From an uncultured delta proteobacterium (lineage in GTDB: Bacteria; Desulfobacterota; Binatia; UBA9968), in NCBI GenBank assembly GCA_963745835.1, contig CAVUZH010000022.1, positions 384,001 to 448,000 on the forward strand: DNA of 64,000 nt. The letters run 5' to 3'. Position numbers and translations under genes: made by a program. The notes below the pieces were generated by a model. The model was not told the DNA's origin. It searched no databases and worked only from the letters and a program-made list of their open reading frames with translations. Positions within the stretch are counted from its first letter, which is position 1, and the number at the start of each line of letters is the position of its first letter. This document shows positions 41,838 to 51,059 of the stretch, piece by piece.

Positions 41838-42332
41838 TGTCTAAACGTCATACGTGAACGACGACCTGCAGAAAACCAGTGAAGACTGCTCATATATATT
41901 CACCTGCCGAGCTATCCGTGTAGGTTAGAATAGGTGACAGTTCGGAGAACTAAGGGATGCTGCCAAAGTTCTGCGCAGCTGATCAGCGCCTGTGCCGATC
42001 AATCATAGCTCGCCCGATTTGTTCAATACTGTTCCGGTCTATCCCCTTATAGTAGCTTGACCGCAGTTTAGTCCTACGACGTATTTCGCTGTCGATATTG
42101 TACAGCAGCGAGCGAGCAAACCATCAACTTAGATGTTCTCGAGGAATTGCTTGTCGTGATCGGCCAATATTGTCTCGTTCGTGATCCGCGACTGGTGAAG
42201 CTTCGAGCCTACAGTTCAGAATGGAGATTCCATTCGCAACAACGCGACGGTGGGAGCCTTCAGCAACTAATTTTCCTCGAGGGAGGGAAGAAATCATCAC
42301 TAAAAGTAGAGATTTTTTTGCTCGTTAGTAGA

Positions 42333-42347
42333 TGGCATATGCCTTGC
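42333..42347 (+). promoter_or_regulatory. Sigma-54 -24/-12 promoter
   Basis: TGGCATATGCCTTGC, 13 nt before ATG 42361. Confidence 0.7.
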
Positions 42348-42360
42348 TCGCCGTATGCAC

Positions 42361-42552
42361 ATGGCCAGGGAATTATTTTGCGATCACTGCGAGCGGACGC
42401 TTACAAGCAAAGCCTACCGTGTGATCAGCGAGGATCCGGGTGGCGTACTGCTCAATATGCTTGTGTGTCATCCATGCAATCAGAAGGCGCGAGAACTGGG
42501 GCTCGAAACGCGCGAGATTAATTTGGACGAACTTCATCTTAAAAGGGGGTAG
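42361..42552 (+). CDS. Small zinc-finger-like protein
   Basis: 63 aa with CDHC..CHPC; directly behind a sigma-54 motif. Confidence 0.65.
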   Translation: MARELFCDHCERTLTSKAYRVISEDPGGVLLNMLVCHPCNQKARELGLETREINLDELHLKRG

Positions 42553-42636
42553 CTGAGCAGCAAAACCTAGAATAAACGCGGCGAAGTAACAGGCGATTGT
42601 TTTCTTAGCTGGAACTGCGAACCGGAGGGTATCAGC

Positions 42637-42876
42637 ATGGCTATGTATAACGTCTGTGCCGTGTGCAATGCGTGTGGTGATCTGCATACGACTGGCATTA
42701 CTGTTAGCTTAAATGGAGGGCCCGGCAGTAAACAAAGCATCGAGGAGGCTTTTGCCAATAAAGATCCTCCTGCGATTATTGCGGAGTTAAAGGAAAAACG
42801 GGTGCACTGCCCTAAAATTGGACGACAGTATGCTCAAAGGGATAGCAAGAAAATATTCCTGATCCCGATGGGCTGA
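42637..42876 (+). CDS. Small Cys-rich hypothetical protein
   Basis: GGAGG RBS; CAVCNACGDLH..HCPK. Confidence 0.65.
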   Translation: MAMYNVCAVCNACGDLHTTGITVSLNGGPGSKQSIEEAFANKDPPAIIAELKEKRVHCPKIGRQYAQRDSKKIFLIPMG

Positions 42877-43177
42877 TCAGCTTTCTTGAATCAATATTAG
42901 GGAGTACCACTCTGGCGGTTGGCTTCAGCGGGAGGAAGCTCGACCCTTACGATGACCACTGACCTCCCGCACCCCAGCGGAAACTTCTTGCCTACGCATT
43001 CAGAAGATCATCAAGAGATGTCCTACACTGACTCCGCTCGAAAGACTCTAGCACTGCTAAGTTTGAGCTTCTCGTACTCGTTACGTTTAGGTGTGACAAT
43101 TGCATCTGCAAGGAAACGGGGCACATATATCTGCCCTTTATGTATGCTCCTTCCCACACGATGACTGGAGGTCAACG

Positions 43178-43315
43178 ATGGACGGACATCAGGAATTGGA
43201 AAATCCGCTTTCACTTCTGCAGTGGCTCGCCGGTTGGGCCGTTATTCTTGGAACCTGCATGCTCTTCTGGTTGGCAGTTTACGGTTGGGCAGTAGACTGG
43301 CGCACGGCGTATTGA
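43178..43315 (+). CDS. Small single-TM hypothetical protein
   Basis: GGAGGT RBS; 45 aa with a Trp-rich hydrophobic stretch. Confidence 0.5.
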   Translation: MDGHQELENPLSLLQWLAGWAVILGTCMLFWLAVYGWAVDWRTAY

Positions 43316-43477
43316 ACTTCTGCCTGTCCTCTTATTCGAAATACCTGCCGAGCTCGCTCCCATCTCAAGTAAAGGCGACACAGAACCTTTGGATTGCACT
43401 AGAGAGCGGACATAGAGACGCTATCATCTTCGCTGCCGCTCTGAACGTAGTCGGAATCGGAGCCAATCCGCCCATTC

Positions 43478-44380
43478 TCACGCGTTCGCGGACTGAGGCG
43501 CAGCATCCATCGGTTGAGCGTTTTCAGCAGGGGCAACGCCGGATCCATATTGAGTCGCATACACTCTGGTAAATTCGGCGCCGAGAAAAAAGATCAAAGA
43601 TGAGTAATAGACCCAGACCAGAATCGTAATCAGCGAACCCGCGGCGCCAAACGTCGAGCTGACACCGCTGGTTCCAATATAAAGTCCGATAAGATACTTC
43701 CCTACCGTAAACAGTATCGAAGTTAACGCGGCACCGACCCAGACATCTCTCCACTGGATCTCTACATCCGGCACGTACTTATAAATGAGCGCAAATAGTA
43801 ACGTGACGAATCCAAAGGACACGAGGATATCGATCGCATGAGCCACGAATGTCGCGTCGCCTAAAAAGCTGGTCAGCATTGACGTGAAGCTACTCAGAAC
43901 AGCGGTCACGACAAGCGAGACCAGCAGCAAGAACCCAATTGCTAGCACCATCGCGAAAGAGAAGAAGCGCTGCCGCAAAAAACCCCAGATGCCCTGGCCC
44001 GGCTTTGGGGTTACTTCCCACATCTTGTTGAGCGAAGTCTGCAGCTGGCCTACGACCCCGCCTGCGCCAAACAGCAAGGCGACAAAACCAATGATGGTGG
44101 ACAACATCCCGGTCTTTGGTTTTTCACTGGATGCTTGGATCATTTCCTGAACGGCTTTAGCGCTGTCTTGTCCAATCATCCCCTGAAGCGTTTCAACGAT
44201 CTGATTCTGCGCCGCTTCTCTGCCGAAGACGAGGCCAGCGACTCCAATAGCGATCAGCAGGAGTGGAGCCAGAGAAAATAGAGTGTAATACGATAATGCG
44301 GCCGCCAGCTGGAACGGTTCTGCTTCGACCCATTCGTTGATGGTAGTTTTAAGAAACTGCCAAATAGACTTACGTTGCAT
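43478..44380 (-). CDS. YihY/virulence factor BrkB family membrane protein
   Basis: AAALSYYTLFSLAP, LQTSLN.MW, FGAAGSL..LVWVYYS..GAE. Confidence 0.92.
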   Translation of the reverse strand: MQRKSIWQFLKTTINEWVEAEPFQLAAALSYYTLFSLAPLLLIAIGVAGLVFGREAAQNQIVETLQGMIGQDSAKAVQEMIQASSEKPKTGMLSTIIGFVALLFGAGGVVGQLQTSLNKMWEVTPKPGQGIWGFLRQRFFSFAMVLAIGFLLLVSLVVTAVLSSFTSMLTSFLGDATFVAHAIDILVSFGFVTLLFALIYKYVPDVEIQWRDVWVGAALTSILFTVGKYLIGLYIGTSGVSSTFGAAGSLITILVWVYYSSLIFFLGAEFTRVYATQYGSGVAPAENAQPMDAAPQSANA

Positions 44381-44507
44381 TCAACGGACTCCTGAACAAC
44401 TCTTCAGCTCGAGAGTGACTACGACCATCCCGAGTCGGAACCCGGGACATGGGACTCAATTCCAGCCTCGTACTCTCTGAGCGTGTGGCTTGGTCCAATA
44501 ACATCGA

Positions 44508-45338
44508 CTAAGTGGATTCCCGGACCGCATTGGAAATCGATTGCTTTGCCTCTTCGCCAACAGCATTAGCCTTGTCGCGCACCTGCTCATACGTCTCGGT
44601 CCCACGCTGCTTGACCTCGGAGAGGGCTTTGTCGCGCGCCGAACCGAACAACCGATCTTCTTGTTCGGTGGCGGGCAGAGCCGCACCAATGGCAGCTCCT
44701 ACGGCGATGCCCAAAGCGCCCAGGAGCAGCGGCTGTTCAGTCAGAAGACTGTTAAAACCCTCGCGCACTCGTTGCGTTTGGAGTTGTGCAGTGCCTGAAC
44801 TTCTTCTCAGTCCTGCTGACACTGTATCTTTAGTTCCTGCGAGCTTCTGTCGAGCTCGCTCGGCGGCGGACTTCACCCGCTGCCCTGCTTCACTCAAGCT
44901 TCCCTCGGCAGAGGCTTTGAGGCGTTGCGCTTTATCAGTCAAGCCTTCCTTCTGATCGCCTGCATCGTCCTCATAGCCTGTATCATCGATCTCAACGGCG
45001 TTGAGATCATCGCGTGCATAGCGATCGTCGTAAGCATCAGCGAGCGACGGTTTGGGTCGATTACTCGAAGCGACCATCCAGGCAATTCCCACTGCGGTTA
45101 ATAGCGCCGGCACCGGGTTCTCTTTCACTGACCGGCCGAGATTGTTTGCGAACTCTCCGCCATTCTCTCGAGCGAATTCCATCGCCTGATCTAACAGTTG
45201 ACCCGGCGAAAACTTGCGCTCCAATGCGCCGAGCGTCCGGTCCATGTTCGCCCGGGTCTGGTCGATCTCTCGTTCCAGGGTTGCCGGATCTTTTCGCGCA
45301 TCATCTCTGAGGTTGCTTGTGTTATTTATGTTGCTCAC
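44508..45338 (-). CDS. DUF3618-domain protein with LEA-like helical region
   Basis: LEREIDQTRANMDRTL.AL, ENPVP, QPLLLGALGIAVGAAIGAALP. Confidence 0.82.
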   Translation of the reverse strand: MSNINNTSNLRDDARKDPATLEREIDQTRANMDRTLGALERKFSPGQLLDQAMEFARENGGEFANNLGRSVKENPVPALLTAVGIAWMVASSNRPKPSLADAYDDRYARDDLNAVEIDDTGYEDDAGDQKEGLTDKAQRLKASAEGSLSEAGQRVKSAAERARQKLAGTKDTVSAGLRRSSGTAQLQTQRVREGFNSLLTEQPLLLGALGIAVGAAIGAALPATEQEDRLFGSARDKALSEVKQRGTETYEQVRDKANAVGEEAKQSISNAVREST

Positions 45339-45778
45339 GACGCCCTCCTTTGAACCATCTCCTTGTCTTTGCGCAGCGCATCCTGAGTCCGCTCAGGCTT
45401 GAAAGACAATGGATCTAACTTCTTCTTGCCGCTTTGGATCATCACAAAGCCAATGACCCCTACCACCACGGCGACGATAAGAGCTGCCAACCAAGGCTCC
45501 ATCCGTTCGGCCAGCAGCAGGACAATTGCGCCAAGTAGGACGAGAACGGCGGCGAAAACAATTGCGCCGCCAGCTACCAGGCTGATGGCTCCGGCCTTCG
45601 CTTCTGAAGCCGCTTCGGATACCTCTGCCTTTGCCAGCGCTATCTCTTTGCGAAACAGCGTCGACACTTCCCCCATGAGACGACTTAGAAGGCCGGCTGC
45701 CGAATCGGGTTCACGGTCGACGCGAGATGACTCGGTTGCTGGCGTAGCTTGCAATGGCGGTTGTTTTGCCATGATCAA
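45335..45778 (-). CDS. Holin-like (YqjE/phage_holin_3_6-type) membrane protein
   Basis: LFRKEIALAKAE, two TM helices, PERT..L..D. Confidence 0.82.
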   Translation of the reverse strand: MIMAKQPPLQATPATESSRVDREPDSAAGLLSRLMGEVSTLFRKEIALAKAEVSEAASEAKAGAISLVAGGAIVFAAVLVLLGAIVLLLAERMEPWLAALIVAVVVGVIGFVMIQSGKKKLDPLSFKPERTQDALRKDKEMVQRRAS

Positions 45779-46347
45779 ACTCCTTTCTCCAGATCGTCAG
45801 CGAAAGACGGACTGCCCGCGGATGACGAGGGCGTCGTCCTAGCTGATTCGGATATAACCGACGGGCGCGACTCAAAGGTGATCGGTTGCACGGTCGATTG
45901 GCTCGAGCCGTAGAACTCAGATTCATTCTGCCGGTTGGCGCCGCCACGCTGGGTCGATGCCTTCAGAAACCTCGAAAGCGCAATGCCAACGGCCACACTC
46001 CCCACCAAGAAAAGGGTCGGATTATTGCGCGCCAGTTGTTGGGTATCTCTGACCAGCTCGTCGAGATTCCGCTGCCTCAAGCTTTCAGCGAAATCCTTCA
46101 TACTGCCTGCCAACTGACCTGCGTAATCAGCCAACGATTCTTGATTCTGACTTTTGAGTTCCTCGGAAACTCGGTCGACCACGCCGGCCAGCTTTTCAGT
46201 TTGGTCCGCCGCCGTCTGTTTACGCGCTTCGAATTGTTCCTGACTCTGCCGCTTCACATCCTGCGCCACTCCGGCCGCCTCATTCTTCACCTTATTGATT
46301 GCGCCGCCGTCGGTTACGCCGGCGGTTTGGCTTGATTGGTTCTCCAT
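45775..46347 (-). CDS. Conserved hypothetical protein (ElaB/YqjD-like C-terminal anchor)
   Basis: AAGGAG RBS; amphipathic helices then ARNNPTLFLVGSVAVGIALSRFLK. Confidence 0.78.
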   Translation of the reverse strand: MENQSSQTAGVTDGGAINKVKNEAAGVAQDVKRQSQEQFEARKQTAADQTEKLAGVVDRVSEELKSQNQESLADYAGQLAGSMKDFAESLRQRNLDELVRDTQQLARNNPTLFLVGSVAVGIALSRFLKASTQRGGANRQNESEFYGSSQSTVQPITFESRPSVISESARTTPSSSAGSPSFADDLEKGV

Positions 46348-46440
46348 GGATACACACTCCTTTTGAATTTAAAATACTCGACCGTAAAATTCTGAGTTCC
46401 GAGATTAAGCGTTGACGCGGTGGGAATGCAGGTGGTCAAC

Positions 46441-46455
46441 GCAATGGTTATGCCA
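46441..46455 (-). promoter_or_regulatory. Sigma-54 -24/-12 promoter
   Basis: Minus strand TGGCATAACCATTGC, about 94 nt upstream of ATG 46347. Confidence 0.75.
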
Positions 46456-46496
46456 CGGCATAGCTTACGCATTTAGCTCGAAGCAGCTTGATAAAT

Positions 46497-46544
46497 GTCG
46501 CAGGGCTGCGAAACATCGATCCATGCAAGGTGCGTGAGGGGGAC
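46497..46544. promoter_or_regulatory. Candidate upstream activator site (GTCGC-N38-GGGAC)
   Basis: One mismatch to the element at 15694 and 20448; same 38-nt spacer. Confidence 0.35.
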
Positions 46545-47026
46545 GAATTCTATGTGCCTAGGCTGGCACCTCTGTGAAGTTGCCTGAGATCGAGTTCGAT
46601 GCAGATTATCGGCGGTTAACTAGCGGCTACCGTTTTCCTGACCTTGATCCTTTCAAGCGCCGTTTCGAAGCTCGATTGAAATCGATCACACTGCCGCTTG
46701 TAGTCCGCGCGAGCTTAACAACTAGCAGCTTTGCAAGATTCACTTCTTCTGCGGAGAGAGCGATGCCATCTATCTGAGCTATCGCTATAGAAGCGGGGTA
46801 CGTATCCGAGCGCAGCGCTTTATGTGTTTTGGTCATGAGATCAGCTTAACAAGTCCCTCGACTCACGGGAATACACCTCTAAAATAATCAGATTGCCGTC
46901 AAGCAATTCCCTCAAGTATGTCGCCGTCATAACGGCAACGGCTGGGCTTAATGATGGCTGCAGAGCTCACTCAGAAAAACCCGCTCTCCGTGGTAGAACC
47001 ATCTATGAAAGAAGGATTTTTAATCA

Positions 47027-47173
47027 ATGAGAAATTCCACCGTAACCCTCCTGCTGGATCAGCTCCGTCGAGAATCGCAAAAACAGAAGGAAGACGGAGA
47101 TCTAAAGGACGGCGAGTATCAGGAAATTAGTGAATTGATCAGCCAAATTGAGCGAGCTTTTACCAATGGGTAA
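47027..47173 (+). CDS. 48-aa hypothetical helical protein (below the ORF-track cutoff)
   Basis: GAAGGA RBS; MRNSTVTLLLDQLRRESQKQKEDGDLKDGEYQEISELISQIERAFTNG. Confidence 0.45.
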   Translation: MRNSTVTLLLDQLRRESQKQKEDGDLKDGEYQEISELISQIERAFTNG

Positions 47174-47184
47174 GTAGGAAGGAA

Positions 47185-47430
47185 TTATCTTGACGATAAG
47201 GATAAGCTTAATGTTGTTCCTTTTCCCGGCTCGCTAAAATAATCGACTGCGCCACGGTAAGCTGAAACTATTTGGCCGACCAGAGGCAGCCCTAGACCCG
47301 GCCGTCGGCTTGGTGGTTCGGAAGATTTCGAAAACTTTGATCCCCCCGAGACGGTATCGCTGATTTGTAAAACGAGCGTCTCCGCACGGAAAGATAACCC
47401 TTGACAGTAAGGCATCCGCCTTCCGGCATT
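47185..47430 (-). pseudogene. Remnant of a histidine kinase HATPase domain
   Basis: MPEGGCLTV / LVLQISDT / GLGLPLV..IV..Y.G..SEPGKGT spread over different frames; no H-box. Confidence 0.6.
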
Positions 47431-47628
47431 GGAAACGCGCAGGCCCTTGCGATATTCGCCATTCATCCATTCGCCGATGGATCTTCCGACAACGCTGACA
47501 AATCCCGAAGCTTCTTTATGCCGAGGACATCTTCAAGAACGCCGGAGAGCTCCCGAACGAGAGAGCGCCAAGAAGACGTCACGTTCAAGAGGAATATCCA
47601 TTTCATCGAGTCTCATGATGTCCTTCCA

Positions 47629-47994
47629 TCACGGAGACGTCAACTGCCGGACATGAACCAGCAGGTCATCGAGCTGAACCGGCTTATCAAGATACACGGC
47701 GCCTAGCGCGGCGGCTTGGAATTTTATCTGATTAGAACCATATGCGGTTACCAGAATAGTCTTCGTGCGTGGAGATAGTTCGTTTTGAACCCGAAGAACC
47801 TCCAACCCATCGACCATTCCCGGCATTCGCAAATCGGTAATCACGACATCAAAGTTGTCAACGTCCCGAATTAATTCGAGAGCTTCTTCTCCGCGTTGCG
47901 CTTCAAAAACGTCGTAACCATGGATCTTGAAAAAAATCATCATATTACGGCGGGCCAAAGGGTTGTCTTCGACGAGGAGAATAGTCGCGGGCAT
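47629..47994 (-). CDS. Single-domain response regulator receiver
   Basis: ILLVED, ITDLRMPG.DG, VTAY, KPV. Confidence 0.9.
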   Translation of the reverse strand: MPATILLVEDNPLARRNMMIFFKIHGYDVFEAQRGEEALELIRDVDNFDVVITDLRMPGMVDGLEVLRVQNELSPRTKTILVTAYGSNQIKFQAAALGAVYLDKPVQLDDLLVHVRQLTSP

Positions 47995-48372
47995 CACTTC
48001 TCGTTTATACAACAAAAAACCGGCGTGGCAATAGGGGTCGCCGACTTTCGTACTACGACTACATGGCTCGTTAGGACCAAGCAAATTCTAGGTATGCTCG
48101 TGAAACTAACCGGCATGTAGTTTGGAAAGTCGCCAATTTCAGTCTGAGATAACGCATTCGCGGAACGCCGCATCCGGACGGGGATTGCGCTTGACTGCGC
48201 AACCGGTTGGAAGTATGACTCAGAATAACGAAGCCTATTTAGACTCAGAAAAATTCTTAATCGACGAACCAGATCAAAGCAGTGCAAGCAATTTTTACTG
48301 CGCTTCTTCGATTGGCCGTGGTATACGAATGTCGTTGACGGCGCGGTCAATGATTTCAGAGCACATGAAAGG

Positions 48373-48606
48373 ATGAGAATGAGCAGCGAGTCGCGAGAAA
48401 CTTTCAGCGATTACACCCGAGAATACATCAGGCTTAGAGAAGAAACCAACCGGCTTCTTAGAGAGGGAAAAATCGACAAGCATGAGGCCAATCACCGAAA
48501 TGGCAACGCCAGGCAATTTATGATGTTCGCGCGCTATCGCCTCGAAGCTGCAAAGAAAACGAACAACCTCAAAAAGCCCGCAAGCTCGCCCATAACTGGA
48601 ACCTAG
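48373..48606 (+). CDS. Hypothetical small protein
   Basis: AAAGGA RBS; charged helical ORF; no family recognised. Confidence 0.45.
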   Translation: MRMSSESRETFSDYTREYIRLREETNRLLREGKIDKHEANHRNGNARQFMMFARYRLEAAKKTNNLKKPASSPITGT

Positions 48607-48654
48607 AGTCGGAAGACAATTGGCACGCAAAGGAGCGGTGAACTGCACGACACG

Positions 48655-50613
48655 CTAGCGCGGCCGAGCACAGAGATGATTCTTTATCATCTGGTCGAGC
48701 GATTTTAGATCAACCGGCTTGACGCAGTATTCGTCAAAACCGGCCTGTTTCGCCAATTGCTGGTGCTCATCCTGTGCGTACCCCGAGATCGCGATCAAGT
48801 AAACATTTTTGAGCTCGGCGTCTTGCCGGATCGTCCGCGCAATCGCGTAGCCATCCACCCAGGGCAGCGCAATGTCGCAGAGCACGACATCGGGTCTCAG
48901 GTTTCTCGCGATCACGAACGCTTCGACTCCGTTATGGGCTATCTCGACCAGGTGGCCAGCATCTTGAAGGAACAGTTGCATGGCGCGAGCTCCAACCTGA
49001 TTGTCGTCGATAATGAGAACACGGCATGCGATCGGATCCGTCGATTGAGAAGCGCTCAATTCAGGCTTGGAATCGCTCGGCGCACTAGGATCTCTCTGGA
49101 CCGGCAACCGAACGATGAACTCTGTACCCTTTCCGGGTCCCTTACTGCTCGCCGACACCGTCCCACCGTGCATTTCAATGAATGCCTTAACTAAAGTTAG
49201 ACCCAAGCCGAGACCGCCGCGGCTACGATCGAAAGATCGCAACGCCTGGCTGAATGGCTCGAACAAACGGGTCAGCTTGCTCTCATCCATGCCGATCCCG
49301 GTATCACGAACCTTGAGAACAGCTGTTTGTTGATTCGGAACGATGGCTAGGGTCACGGTCACCGTGCCAGCCGGTGGCGTGAACTTTTGGGTATTGTGCA
49401 AGAGGTTTCCAACCGCCTGTCCCAAACGCCTGCAATCCCCTAGGACCCAGACAGGATCCTGCGGCAGCTGCAGCGCGAGGCGGATGCCGGCGGAGCCTAG
49501 GATCCCTCGATAGTCCTCCGCTGCTTCGCGCACAATCGCCGCGAAATCGCAGGACTGTTTACCAATTTCAACCTGCCCGGCAGAGATCCGCGAAAGGTCG
49601 AGCAGGTCGTTAGTAAGATGTGTCATGCGAGTGATCTGCCGCTTGATGATAGCCCTGAGTTGTCGCGCTTCCGGTGTATCTGAAACGGGCAGCAGCTCAA
49701 CGGCATTGCCGATGACGCCTAACGGATTGCGCCACTCATGCCCGAGTACGGCTAAAAACTCATCCTTCCGTTTGTCAGCCTCGCGCAATCTCCCTTCTAG
49801 TTGTCTTTGATCGGTGAGATCCTGAATCACCACATTGACCCCGATACACTCGCCATTTAGATCCTTTAATGGGAAATAGCTGTTTAGCCATGTTCTCTTA
49901 ACACCTGGTTGCGCGCCGGTCTCGCCTATCATCTGGACATTGAGACGAGGCTTTCCTGTAACTAGCACCTCCCGGCACGCTGTTTCGACCGCGCCGGCGA
50001 TGCTAGGGATTATTTCGCGGACGGTTCGTCCGATGTGTTGGTCAGCCGGTATGCCATTCTTCTCCGCGAGCAAATCGTTTACCCGGATATAACGCAACTC
50101 GGTATCTAGTACGGCGAGACCCACCGGAGCTGTTGCATAGATAGAATTGAGTTCCGCCAGCTGCGCCGCATTTTGACGATTAGCCTCGCGAAGTTGATCA
50201 AGGAGAAAGCGTTTCTCTTGATCGCGTTCGTAGAGACGCAACAACGCCTTTGTCGCGCCTAGAAGTTCCGCGGGTTCAACCGGCTCAGTCAAATACGTGT
50301 CAGCCCCGCGCTCCAATCCAATAGCCCGATCCTCGGGGCTAAGATACATAGCCGAAATTTGCAGAACCATAATGTGCGCGGTTGCCGGGTCTGCTTTAAT
50401 CGCTTCGCAGACTGCAAAGCCGCTGGTATCGGGCAACTTGACATCGAGCAGTACAAGACTCGGTTGGAACTCCTTGACAACCCGCAATGCCTCGGCGCCG
50501 GTCTCCGATTCGATCACCTGATATCCGCCGCGTTTGAGGATGCGGCTCTTGGCGTATCGCCGCGCTTCGTTGTCATCGACGTTGAGAACCGTGGGAAGTT
50601 CTAAGCCATTCAT
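48655..50613 (-). CDS. Cytoplasmic hybrid histidine kinase (REC-PAS-HisKA-HATPase-REC)
   Basis: VLNVDD..LLDVKLPD; PAS YIRVN; GHEWRNPL; NLLHN..KF, DTGIG, GGLGLGL; VLIIDD..LCDIALP. Confidence 0.92.
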   Translation of the reverse strand: MNGLELPTVLNVDDNEARRYAKSRILKRGGYQVIESETGAEALRVVKEFQPSLVLLDVKLPDTSGFAVCEAIKADPATAHIMVLQISAMYLSPEDRAIGLERGADTYLTEPVEPAELLGATKALLRLYERDQEKRFLLDQLREANRQNAAQLAELNSIYATAPVGLAVLDTELRYIRVNDLLAEKNGIPADQHIGRTVREIIPSIAGAVETACREVLVTGKPRLNVQMIGETGAQPGVKRTWLNSYFPLKDLNGECIGVNVVIQDLTDQRQLEGRLREADKRKDEFLAVLGHEWRNPLGVIGNAVELLPVSDTPEARQLRAIIKRQITRMTHLTNDLLDLSRISAGQVEIGKQSCDFAAIVREAAEDYRGILGSAGIRLALQLPQDPVWVLGDCRRLGQAVGNLLHNTQKFTPPAGTVTVTLAIVPNQQTAVLKVRDTGIGMDESKLTRLFEPFSQALRSFDRSRGGLGLGLTLVKAFIEMHGGTVSASSKGPGKGTEFIVRLPVQRDPSAPSDSKPELSASQSTDPIACRVLIIDDNQVGARAMQLFLQDAGHLVEIAHNGVEAFVIARNLRPDVVLCDIALPWVDGYAIARTIRQDAELKNVYLIAISGYAQDEHQQLAKQAGFDEYCVKPVDLKSLDQMIKNHLCARPR

Positions 50614-50829
50614 GAGAGGTAAGGGATCGTATACGAATCCGCTGAGATTCGTCAATCGATTCTGCGAGTCGGGCTTTTGCCCCGAGATAATGAATTTTTG
50701 CCGGCGCGGTCTCGAATCGATCAGACCGTCCGATCGGTGGACCAAAATTATGAAAGCGCGAGGAGAGAGGATGTGTAATTCACAAAATAAGCATAAACGT
50801 CGCTGTCCGACAGCATTTTGGATTCGTGT

Positions 50830-50997
50830 TTACTCATCGGTCGCTACCACCTCGACTCGATCCTGGTAGCCGCATTTGTCGCACCTTGCCTTGAGTTCGT
50901 TATCTTCGGGTAGATCCGGCGCAAGGGCTTTCTGCTCAGGAACTATTTTCATGATCCCGTCGCCGCATTTTGGGCACTTGGTATTGGCTTCAATCAT
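50830..50997 (-). CDS. 55-aa zinc-ribbon microprotein (not in the ORF track)
   Basis: GGAG RBS; MIEANTKCPKCGDGIMKIVPEQKALAPDLPEDNELKARCDKCGYQDRVEVVATDE*. Confidence 0.7.
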   Translation of the reverse strand: MIEANTKCPKCGDGIMKIVPEQKALAPDLPEDNELKARCDKCGYQDRVEVVATDE

Positions 50998-51059
50998 CTG
51001 CAAGATCTCCCTTGATTAGTAGCATTTCCATCCACCGTTCAGCGAGTCAGCATTGTTGG

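Noticed and set aside
45335-45778. Holin-like gene as evidence of a prophage
   Set aside because: No endolysin, structural or integrase genes; this family is common in cellular stress operons.
39031-48043. Weaker sigma-54-like sites: 39031 (+, spacer 9), 43089 (+, AGGTGTGACAATTGC), about 48028-48043 (-, spacer 11)
   Set aside because: Wrong spacing or a poor -24 box, so not listed as features; indel errors could hide real sites.
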